From NCBI GenBank assembly GCA_002256025.1, contig NKIB01014476.1:1-43074 (forward strand): a DNA stretch of 43,074 bases, in the 5' to 3' direction. This document shows, one piece after another, positions 1 through 10,220 of the stretch. Source of the DNA: Asterionella formosa (lineage: Eukaryota). Each line of letters opens with the position of its first letter. The first letter of the stretch is position 1. Made by a program: the position numbers and the translations under genes. Below the pieces are notes generated by a model that saw nothing but the letters and a program-made list of their open reading frames with translations, ran no database searches and had not been told where the DNA came from.

Positions 1-2
1 AT

Positions 3-626
3 GAAGGGGCAATTAAGAAAATTTGTCGGTATCTAAAAGGAACAGCAACCGAAGGGATCGTATTTACACCATCCAAGGAATTCGCAATTGATTGCTATGT
101 GGATTCAGACTTTGCAGGATTATATGGTAGTGAAGATTCACATGATCCAGTTTGTGCTAAATCAAGGAAAGGGTACGTCATAACGTTAGCTGGATGTCCT
201 CTACTATGGGTATCCAAACTACAGACCACTATAGCCCTATCTACTATGGAAGCTGAGTACCAGGCCTTGTCAGCAAGTTGTCGGGATCTTATTCCATTAA
301 GACAAATTTGCAAGGAGGCATCTGAAGCTCTAGAGATTACTGAGCGGTTCATAGTACGGTCACATTCAAAGATATACGAAGACAATAGTGCATGTATGTC
401 TCAAGCAACGATGCCGAAAATGACGCCGCATACAAAACATATTGCAGTGGCATATCATTGGTTTAGAGAGTACGTGACATCAGGTGATATTGAAATCTTA
501 AAGATTGAAACTACAAAACAACTTGGGGACATTTTCACAAAGGGTTTAGTAGCAGAGAAATTTACAGCAATATGCAAGTTACTATGTGGATGGTGGCTAC
601 ATGCTTTTGCTGAGAGGGAGAGTTGA
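3..626 (+). mobile_element. Ty1/copia (CoDi-like) pol 3' end: RT C-terminus plus RNase H, truncated by the window start
   Basis: Frame is open from nt 3: EGAIKKICRYLKGT...DCYVDSDFAG...SRKGY...WVSKLQTTIALSTMEAEYQALS...IYEDNSA...TKHI...QLGDIFTKGL...LCGW. These are canonical copia RNase H motifs. Confidence 0.96.
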
Positions 627-1366
627 AACACATAGAGATTCCTGATTCCAGATCAGGTTATGAGTGTCAATATATTTCCGCCTCTAGTGACCTGATTAGG
701 AACATGTACCACAATCCACTAGATGATTGATTCAAGATCAAATGGTTAAATATCGCGTGTAAAATGCCACAGTTGAGAGAGGAACTTTCAGGAGAAGTTC
801 TCTCTAACCTGTTAATTGGACTCTAGAAGACGATCAGACCTAGAAGCCAAATCAATAAATGATTGACTAGACAATTACAGATATGTCCGCAACATCAAGG
901 AACATTAAAGAAGCAAACTAGATATGATCTAGTTATGATTAAAAGGATCATTCTGTAAGCAGTCTTCGATCAAACAGCATCTGGCCTAAGTTGAGACAGG
1001 CCAAGATTAAGACAAATGTGTATTGAGGAAGAGGATGTAGTTTATTCTCAGTTCAAGTTGGGAACACAAATGAACCTCGCCTCCGAAGATCACCTCTATT
1101 TGGAAACATGCATGAGCTTGGAAGTTTCAAAATTATACATTCAAATTTACATTTACATTTAGCTCACTCTTTTATAAAAACAATAATTAGCAAACAAAGT
1201 AAAACAAACAAATTGTGTAGAAACATTTTTCTAGCAAATTTTACTGCGTGAGAGCAACAGATACGTAGCATCTACCAACTTAAGTGTCGCATGTTTTGTG
1301 TCCTGGTTTCTAATCACTAGTAAGAATATCGATTCTCGACTCATTGGATTCCATATTTTTTTATCA
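612..1366 (+). mobile_element. Polypurine tract (612-622) and 3' LTR of the copia element
   Basis: GAGAGGGAGAG lies just before TGAAAC at 624. The right end is ambiguous: GTTTCA at 1124-1129 is a perfect inverted match to TGAAAC, while TTATCA at 1361-1366 marks where the AT-rich tract ends. Confidence 0.7.
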
Positions 1367-1498
1367 GTTGTTGACACCGTTCAACGATAATTTGCATAGC
1401 TGTTGCTTCAGCTCGATCCACAGAGGCTGGAAACGAGAGCAACGATCGACAAGTGGTGTTAAAAACGAATACGCCACATAGGTCCGCATCATCACCCC

Positions 1499-3060
1499 AT
1501 GGAAACACCGCAGAATGATGGAGGGTTTCACGAATCTCTACGAGCCCTACGTGAAATTCTGACATTGGATACACCCACCACAAACCTTTTGAAAGGAGAC
1601 CAATACGAGCATTTCAGATCCGAGATCAAGGCGCTAAATATAAATCTTAAAAGGGAGCAAGATGAGGTCAAACATCTGCAGACCCAGTTAGGACAAAGCA
1701 AAAATGAAATTGAACAACATCAACAGCTGAGATCGACTTTGGAAGAGGCATTTGATGCATTAAATAAGCACAAGGAAGCATTGGTTGCACAGACCAATGT
1801 TCTAAAACTAGAAAAGATAGCTGTCCAGAAGGAGCTACAGTCAACAGCAGAAGCTGCCGAATCTATGAAGGAAACTTTCGAGAAACAAATGGAAGATCTG
1901 CAAACGAAGCTCGTTCAAGCAACCAATGATCGAACAATCACAGTGGAAATGGTTGGTTCCATGGAGGCCAAATATTTGACTGCGGAAAAGAAAGTTGATG
2001 AGTTGTGCGTGCAAATTGAACGCATGAACCAAGAGATAAAAGATCAGAAAATTGGATTTGAAGCTGTGATATCCAGCCTAGAGTTCTCCAACAAGACTCT
2101 CGAGAGTGCAAGGACTGTTACGGAGCATCGGGTGAGTGCCACAGAAAGAAATAAGAAAATATTCTGTTTCCAGTTGTACTTACACAATATGCGCTGCAGT
2201 TGAAATCGGAAATGTCTCGATTGGAAGAAGAAATGCGAAGTATCGTTGCGAAGCTCGCGCAGGAATCCGACGAAAAACTCAAATGCAAGAAACAGTTAGA
2301 GGAAGCTGAAGAACGTGTCGAATCACTGAAATTAACTAGCGAGAATAGCGAAGGATTATTCGAAAAGGAGACCCAGCAAAAATTGAACGACACTCAGAGC
2401 CGACAAGAGGAACTGCAGCAGATACTAGATGAAGCTATTCAAGAAAAGGGTAGTGCAACGAGCGAACTCGAAAGCGGAGTTAATGATATGGCTAATAAGA
2501 TCGCCGAAATGAAGACGTTGCTCAATAATAAGGATATTTTCCTGCACGAGCTTCAATATGCACAAAAATTATCAAAGAAGGAGGAATCGGCGAATCAGTT
2601 GGTGCAACAGGCAAGAATCAAACTTCTCGAAGGCGATCTCGAAGATGCAAAAAATGAACTTGGACAGGTCGAAACGCAGTTTATGCTTTGTAGAGGCAGG
2701 CTCGCAGAGGTACGTGTCCTTGATATACGCTGTCCTAAGCATCACGATTTCATTATCTTATGTTTTTCCCTTTTACCCCTGCCTAAGGCGGAACGGGAAT
2801 TAGCTGCAACCGAGGCAACAATCAAGCCTCTTGAAGTGAAGCAACACCTTGATTCACCAGTAGCTCATATTCTGGAACATCATGACCTGGTCGATTCCAT
2901 TGATGCCAAAAGAGAGATTCACTCGGAGAATGTAGAGGGGACGAAAGATAGGAAGAGACCAGCAGAGGAGGAAGTGGACGAAGCCAGAGGAAAGGAAGAA
3001 ATGACTTCCTTGAAGGCTGAAATGATGGCAAAGAAGCGAGTAGGGCATTCGAAGGAATAA
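1499..3060 (+). CDS. Long coiled-coil protein of unknown function, 3 exons (introns 2132-2199 and 2710-2787); 5' end uncertain
   Basis: E/K/Q/L-rich heptad sequence. A 68-nt GTGAGT...CTGCAG intron joins ORFs 1499 and 2200 in frame. A 78-nt in-frame GTACGT...CCTAAG intron removes an out-of-character hydrophobic segment. Confidence 0.75.
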
Positions 3061-3265
3061 ACAAGTTCATTCCCGTATTAGCATTGTAACTACAATAGCT
3101 TGAGCACAAACATAATTTTCGAGTTCCACAGCGATGGTTAACACATTTCGCATATCATGTGCTTTTTTGCGAGGCGTCACGCAACCGGCAACGCTATAGA
3201 ACACCGACTAAAATTATCTTGTCTAAAGTACCTTACTCGTATGAACACAACAGTTTGTAAGCATA

Positions 3266-4492
3266 CTAATCGTACGACAAAAAGAATGTCCCATCATCAC
3301 CGAAATCTAAAAAGTTCAGATAATGATCATCGTCAAGGAGGGATTGAATGGAGTCATCTAAATCATGCGATATGCCTCCCCACCACATCCGTCCATTTCT
3401 GGCACGCAGAAACCATTCCCCTTTTGGACCCAGCGTTACACACACCACATCAGGTCTGCCGGCTCGATCAGTTAGTTTTTCTTGCAGTTCCTTCGGAATC
3501 CCTCGCCCCTGATATTCCCACGAGCCATCATCAAAAACCATGAAAAATGTATCGTATGTGGAGCCAAATGCAACAGATCGAGGCGCTTTTTTTTGCTGCT
3601 TGAGAACCTTGTCAATGCTCTTCGGTCCCCTCCAATCCCGGGAACCATCGAAGAAGGAAACAAAGTATCGATCACGGGTTCCGAGGGAAACGTATATCGG
3701 ACGAGAGGCTTTTTGGTTTGTTTTCAGTGCTTTCAATTTTTGATAGAGTGGTTTTGGGATATTCGGTGTGTAAGCCACTCCGCCGTTTCCGTCTAAAAAA
3801 CGTGGCATGAGAACATGATTCAAAATAGTGTGTTACACGTTAGCTGCATTCACACAATCAAACTTACACAAGAATACCGCACCCTTGGAGCACATTCCAA
3901 CGCCAATGACTTGTTTTCCCATAGACGAGATATCACTCAAACACTTCTCAACTTGTTGCATGACGTCGCTGGTAAATCTAAATTCAAACTCCATTCCTTC
4001 CTCGACACTCGAGTCTGACTCGTTCGCATTCTTTAAGTGTTTTGCCATCGCTTCACCTACCAAATGATTGACTTGCGCTTGAAGGGCCTCCTTCTCGCCC
4101 ATTAAGACACAAACCCCCACTTCCGCCAATTCCAACTTTCCAGACAAACTGCCTTGATCAATATCTGGCATGAGGGAAGGGTCAATCTTTGTCAACGACG
4201 GCGGATCTCGTAAACATTTTTCCACGGCTTCTACAGACGACGCATTCTTCCGAAAGATTTCTCTGACTTGCTCTCCCATAACTCGACAAGTGCCTATCGC
4301 TCCAGTGTCGAGGTAAATGTTGATTCTCGCTAGCTTGGCCTTCTCTTGTGATTCCAACCCAACCATAAACGAGAGCACATTTTCTCCGAAGGTGGCGACT
4401 TCTCGACAGCCAGGAATTCCTTCCACACAGGTGCGAACGGCATCGGGATCTAACTTTGGTATATTCTGCGTGCGATTCTGAAGCAAACTCAT
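3266..4492 (-). CDS. Hypothetical protein with C-terminal repeats (VSLG..D.YFV.F.DG..W type), 2 exons (intron 3793-3867)
   Basis: ATG at 4492 (MSLLQNR). A 75-nt GTAAGT...TTTTAG intron joins ORFs 3833-4507 and 3266-3823. Repeated units: YVSLGTRDRYF, SVAFGSTYDTFF, CVTLGPKGEWF, FLDFGDDGTFF. Confidence 0.8.
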
Positions 4493-5249
4493 CAGGTCTG
4501 AGGTCAACTGTAACGCACAAGCTTTGTGGTGGGTTGTGAAATAGTTGATATCAGGAGTACCGGTACTACCTCAAATATGACTTCTTCCATTTTCTCCATG
4601 AAAATCCCCGCATCAATCAAGACCACAAGGAAGTAACAAGCCAATAATATATGACTTGTTGATTTGCAGGTTATTATTCGTCAGATTGTTTTATTAATTA
4701 TTGTATATACATATTTGGCACGGCTTCCTTCCTAATCTTACCATCGTCGTTTTAAGAGTTTTGGTTACCAGATACCAGGTACCAGGTGCCGGTACCTGGT
4801 TCTGGAGTACCTGCAAGTTGCGGTCATTTTGCCGAAAATTGAACGCGGCGCCGGCAAGCACTCAAATTCGACTCACCAGGAATGTTACTTAGACATTTAG
4901 AAAATTCTAACGTTCGCGCTGACCAATCAATATCATTATAATCAAAATCTAATTTTGAAGAATGATTTTCTCATAAGAGCTGTGGTACCTACGGGTGTGC
5001 ATCATACATGGGAGTACGACGGAGTCCATACATTCACATGCATCCTAGCGTACATACCGGTATCAACTACCTGGTACCGATTCATCTATCTACCTGGTAC
5101 CAGGTAACCACTGGACTAAAATAAATATTATATGGCTGGGTGCATCCTGAAACTGAATTAGGTAGCCACTGTAGCTACCAGTACAACATAATTTAGCATC
5201 TGCAAAATTTTGTGCATAAATTACATACACATGAATAAAAAAGTTAGTA

Positions 5250-5353
5250 TGTTTTATAACCCATTTGTACTCCCCTCTTTCAAGACAAATATGTCATTGT
5301 GCTACCTGCCGACAAGACCTGTGCTTCCCTAGTTTTGTTAGCGTAGGTGAGTC
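5250..5353. repeat. Dispersed ~100-bp repeat, copy 1 (copy 2 at 12931-13034)
   Basis: TACTCCCCTCTTTCAAGACAAATATGTCATTGTGCTACCTGCCGACAAGACCTGTGCTTCCCTAGTTTTGTTAGCGTAGGTG recurs with few substitutions at 12949-13029. Confidence 0.9.
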
Positions 5354-5849
5354 CCCAACCACATTTCGCGAAAGGTGATCGTCTTAGCCGCAGCTTTAGG
5401 GGAAAATCCGACCGCCTAGCTAGGAAGGCGGCACAAGCTGTTTGTAGGGGGGCAACCCACCGTCTGTAAATAAAAACCGTTAGGCCTAACAGTTTTGCTG
5501 TAAGACACACTGCCCCAAAAATTCTTAGTATGACTTTTTTGATTGATCATTCAAAAATATCGATTGATCATACAAAAAACCTGATTGATGTCAACTAATA
5601 TTTTGGTGTTCGATCTAAAGAAAGTAATTGTGAGATCAAATTAGTTATTCATTCGGTCTAACCTTTGGAATGCTAATATCAAATAGAATTTTTAGCTTTC
5701 GATCTAACGTTCATTACTACTGATCTAACTTATTTCTCTCATTGATCAAAAATATTATCATGTTCAATCAATGATGAACACAAATCGAATTAAATGGATT
5801 GCTATTTAATGCTCAATTATTCTACTTCTGGTCACCCATACTTCCCACT

Positions 5850-8310
5850 GTGCATCCTCTATCAGAATGAGCACACAGTGGTCTTCAATATCTTAATTTT
5901 CACTTCCGGTAGCTATGTTTAGATCATTGCCTTTCCAAAATGAATTGAGAGAGTAAACGAAATTGATGATGCTTTATTCGAACCTCTACCATTGGGAATG
6001 GCAGCAAGTCACATTCTCCAATGTTGTTGTACAACTTTCCTGTAAGAGATAATAACAACAATGTTAGCAAAACTGTTGCATCAAGTAAGCAAGGCATCTA
6101 TACGAAGATATGTGCAACGAAACGATCACATGAACAATCCATCACTCCAATTTCCGTATGAGCAGGCAATGTGCATATAACTTAACCTGTGCTCTCATGG
6201 TTGATTGTTGCTTCCATTAAGAATGGTAGCAAGCCACATTATCCAAGGTTCCTGTATGATTTTGAGAAGATAAAATCAATGTTAGCAAAAGTGTTGCAAC
6301 GATTAAAGCATCTCCAGCCACACATGTGCCATGAACTGATGACATAAACAATCTATATAGTAACTTCACGTTCCAATCGACATAATGAGCATCAAATGAG
6401 AGTATAGTAACTTACCTATGCTCTCACTGTTGATTGATGGGTGACAGGTAGCGTTGTTAACCCTCACATCTGCTTATATGGAAGGGAAAGATGTTATTCA
6501 TGTCGAAATCCAAATTACTGGACACAGACACTACAAACCCTCTGCAGCATTGTGCACAAAGATATTAAGTGCGGTTTCTTACCTCGTAATTAGGTTGATT
6601 TTTATCGTTCGTCCTGAGGAAGTGTAGAAACTTTGAGTGGTGGTAGCAGCGCACACGAACAGCGATACAATTTTATGGTTTGCTTCCGGTCTCACACGGT
6701 ACCGATCATAACAAGCCCCTTGGTAGCCGCAGTTGAGATAGAGTCTGGCTTGCTTAACAAAACATCATTTGAAATTTCAAGGAAATTTCGGAATCATATA
6801 GGACCAGCAATGATTTTATGGAAAACTCACTTTCCTCGAGATTTTAGACTACATCAGAAAGACAACAATATGCCACCAAATGCACCCATGAACTGCATCC
6901 AGACTGGCGACCATGTCCTGTTTCAATATTTCAAACTCCTTACTGGATAAATGGGACTAATCGCTTTCCTCCTCGACCTGTTCTTTATTTACTTTCCCAA
7001 TCACTCCTACAATTTCGGAACTCTTTGGTGACAAGTCATGGACTGCTTCTTCCGGATTGGCAACCATGTCTGGAGTTGTCTTTAATTTACATTTTGCTTT
7101 TGCTTTGGAAGAGGGAGATTTTATATCAAGTCTATCAGATTCGATAGACTCAATTAGACGCTCTGAGGAAGTAGAAACAAGATCTACCACGGGCATACAA
7201 GCAAAATGATCTTTACTTCTTGGAATGGTATTGGGATAAGATGAACTGCCATCAACTATTTTGTTTTCACTCAGCTGTGTCAATGCATAAACAGAGAATA
7301 CACAACGTTGGTGATCTTTATTTGGAATGACTGGTATGACTAATTCCATCGGCTCTTCAGGAAAAAAGTTTCTCAATTTAGGCGATGCTTCTCAAATGTG
7401 GTCGTAATGGTGCACAGAAGCTTGTTCCTCTTTTCTTCTGTATCAATACCAGCACCAACAATATTAGTAAAAATACAGGGATCACTTGAAACGCCCCAGT
7501 AACGGAGACGTTTATCAACATTATTGGACTCATTTCGACAACCATTGTTGCTGTATGACATTGGAATCAGTTATTGATTGAATAATGGTTCTGGTAGTGC
7601 CCTCATAAATATTTTACACTTCTTCGGAGTGGCGAGAACATAAGTGTAGGACAAGCTACACTACGTATATATAAGCTATATAAATATAGCGGTCACTTTG
7701 TCTTTGTGGAAAGTATATGTGTAGCAATGGGGTTAGGCTGTCCTATATGGTGCCTCTGATGTTGCCGATAAGGAGATTTCTTAAAACAATGGGATAGTAC
7801 AATGTTATTAAGCAAAGTTATGATTGCTATTTCGAACCACCTGCTATTCAAGGTTCATGTGATGCTACTATTTCCTGAATGAAATGAAGCTACTTCCTGA
7901 TTAGTGATGTTGCAGCTTTAATTCTGCAGCAAACAAATTTGCTCGCCAATAGCTAGTCAATATGAATGGAAGACCCACCATGATTAAGGCCATGAGCAAC
8001 AAACATTGTCTCCATCTGGTCCATCTTCACTTTGATCCACATCTCATCTTGAAGAACAGATTCGAAATACAAATCGATTTTCGCAATGGGCGAATTATGA
8101 TCAAAAGGTACCATCTTATTGATTTCGGTTGGAATTGGAATTGGGTATGGCCGTCAATGCATCGTTCTCCAATTCTGACGTATAAATTGACCAAAGCGTT
8201 TGATTTCGAGTAGCAAACAAACAATCAAACTTCGCCAGCATCATAATTCCCCATCAATGATGAGACCATATCATTCATTATAAGACTGAGATCATCGTCG
8301 TCCCCGCAAG
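5850..8310 (-). pseudogene. Decayed multi-exon coding sequence, probably transposon-derived; family not recognised
   Basis: Protein-like fragments in shifting frames (7373-7561, 6957-7376, EINKMVPFDHNSPIAKIDLYFESVLQDEMWIKVK near 8030-8130) broken by stops. Residual GT-AG introns at 6040-6186 and 6252-6415. Flanked by TGATC-rich repeat blocks. Confidence 0.45.
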
Positions 8311-8630
8311 AAGGTAGCTCGTAAGGGATTCAATGAACGCACATGGCTTGTAAGAAATTCGATTACTGATATGCGAATGGAGAGATAATGACGAATACTA
8401 CCGGTACAAGAATTGGATCAATGCATGTACCGGTACTAGAGCATTCAAATCGGAATGGCAACAAGGAACGCACCATTGTTGCACAGATTTCATTCTGATA
8501 GCATCGTTGGGTACAAGGTTTACATACACGTAAGGTGATCTGTGTTAAGTCATAACCTTCGCTAAAACAATGATTGATCAAAGAGCAACAGCTATTGATC
8601 AATCAAACAACGTAAAAATATATCAAAGCA

Positions 8631-8975
8631 TTTGGTTAGCAGATTAGTTTTGATAACTAATATATGTGACTTCTATCTATGCGTTACCTGACGTTTGTAA
8701 GAAAACAATCTGACAAACAAATTTGATTGACCAAACCGACACGGTCATTGATAAATCAAAATTATCGTCATCATAACAAAAAATTTGATCAATAAATCAA
8801 CAATTTTGGTTAACCGATTAGATTTGGTAACTAATATATACGAGTTCTTATACACGCATATCCTAATATGTGTATGCTACCAACCTAATGTACAAATTTG
8901 ATTGATCATACAGACACTGCCGTTGATATATCAAAATTATCATCAACATTTCAAAATATTTGAATAATCAATCAG
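8631..8975. repeat. Imperfect tandem repeat, ~175-bp unit, 2 copies
   Basis: TTTGGTTAGCAGATTAGTTTTGATAACTAATATAT...CAAATTTGATTGA...TCAAAATTATC at 8631 is repeated from about 8806. Confidence 0.8.
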
Positions 8976-9110
8976 TTTTTTAACGTATGCTGAGTAAAAC
9001 GTTAGATCTAATGGAAAATCTATTCACAGACGACTATTTCTTGCACACCAGGTAAGACCATGCGGGACGGTAAGGAGCGGCGTAGGAGTCGAACCCAACA
9101 ATTGCTTTTA

Positions 9111-9183
9111 AAAAAATTGCGGGAATCGAACCTCACAACCTCAGATCAAAGGCAACGTTCTCAACCACTAAGCCATTCTCTGA
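9111..9183 (-). pseudogene. tRNA-derived pseudogene or SINE-head-like sequence
   Basis: The minus strand has A box TGGCTTAGTGG and B box GGTTCGATTCC at tRNA spacing, followed by a T run. Acceptor and anticodon stems do not pair. Confidence 0.6.
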
Positions 9184-10064
9184 ATACAATTGAATACATT
9201 TTATGTATCGATTTAAATAATTTTACTATGCGATCTCGTTGTTTTCACAGTTGAGTTCATTCATGATGACCTTGAAATCGAGTCCATTGCACAGATCCAA
9301 TCTTTTCATAATCTTCATCTATATACTAGAAATCTCTTAGGTATCCTTACAGCCAACGGCTTGCTCCTCACTATTTGCAACATCAGCATTTTTCCTTTTG
9401 CCATTCTCAAAACTGATGTCATGATTGTCTACATAGAAAATTTAATAAACCAATTTTATTCCTCTCATCTAGGTCCTCCGATAATTGCTATGCTATAAAC
9501 AGTAAGCAAAAGCTGCAGTACAAAGCGGGACCCCAGCCAGTTAGGATGCGAGAACAATTAGGACTGTGATTTCTGATTGTTGGGAGTTGTTGGGCTTGAT
9601 TGTTGGCCTTGATGCTGAAAAATTCCTTGTTGCTGCTTCTTGTCTAGTCATACAGTCAACCCAAGGAACTTTTGCCCAATAATTCTTATAATGATGGCCA
9701 CTTCTCGACTTTCTGAAATTAGTGCACCTGCATCGAGAATTTTCTCAAATCACTCAGCAATTTTCAGGACTAATTTGGAGAAATTCCCCTCTCGTTTGCT
9801 CTCGTCTATGGCAGCAAAGTGAGCGACATACATGGAGGAATGTCTGTCAATGTAATTGCAAAAAATGTTTTCAATTGATGAACAACAACCTCATCTGAAA
9901 GTTCTGCAATTTACTCCGCCCAATAGTAGGAGCGGAGAATGCATCGTTCTTATTATCCCAACAACGAAAAGATGCTTCCATCACTATTAAAAATGAAAAG
10001 TAAACACGACTTGTACACTGTTACCGGTAGATGGTCTCTTCCTAAGAACAAAGTAGGTTGCTTG

Positions 10065-10220
10065 ACGTCAGCAAATTGAAGTTAGCAGTCAGCGACTTCA
10101 TGTCAGTAGTCAGAAAATGAAGTCAGCAGTCAGGGAAAAGCTTCAAAATTTCAGCAAATCAAGTCAGCAGTTAGCAACAAGAAGTCCGCAGTCAGAAAGT
10201 TGATGTTGGTAGTCAGCGAT
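10065..10220. repeat. Degenerate minisatellite, ~20-21-nt unit AAGTCAGCAGTCAG
   Basis: Successive units such as GTTAGCAGTCAG, GTCAGTAGTCAG, GTCAGCAGTCAG, GTCAGCAGTTAG and GTCCGCAGTCAG. Confidence 0.8.

Noticed and set aside
9111..9183. Functional tRNA gene
   Set aside because: Acceptor and anticodon stems cannot pair. Kept only as tRNA-derived.
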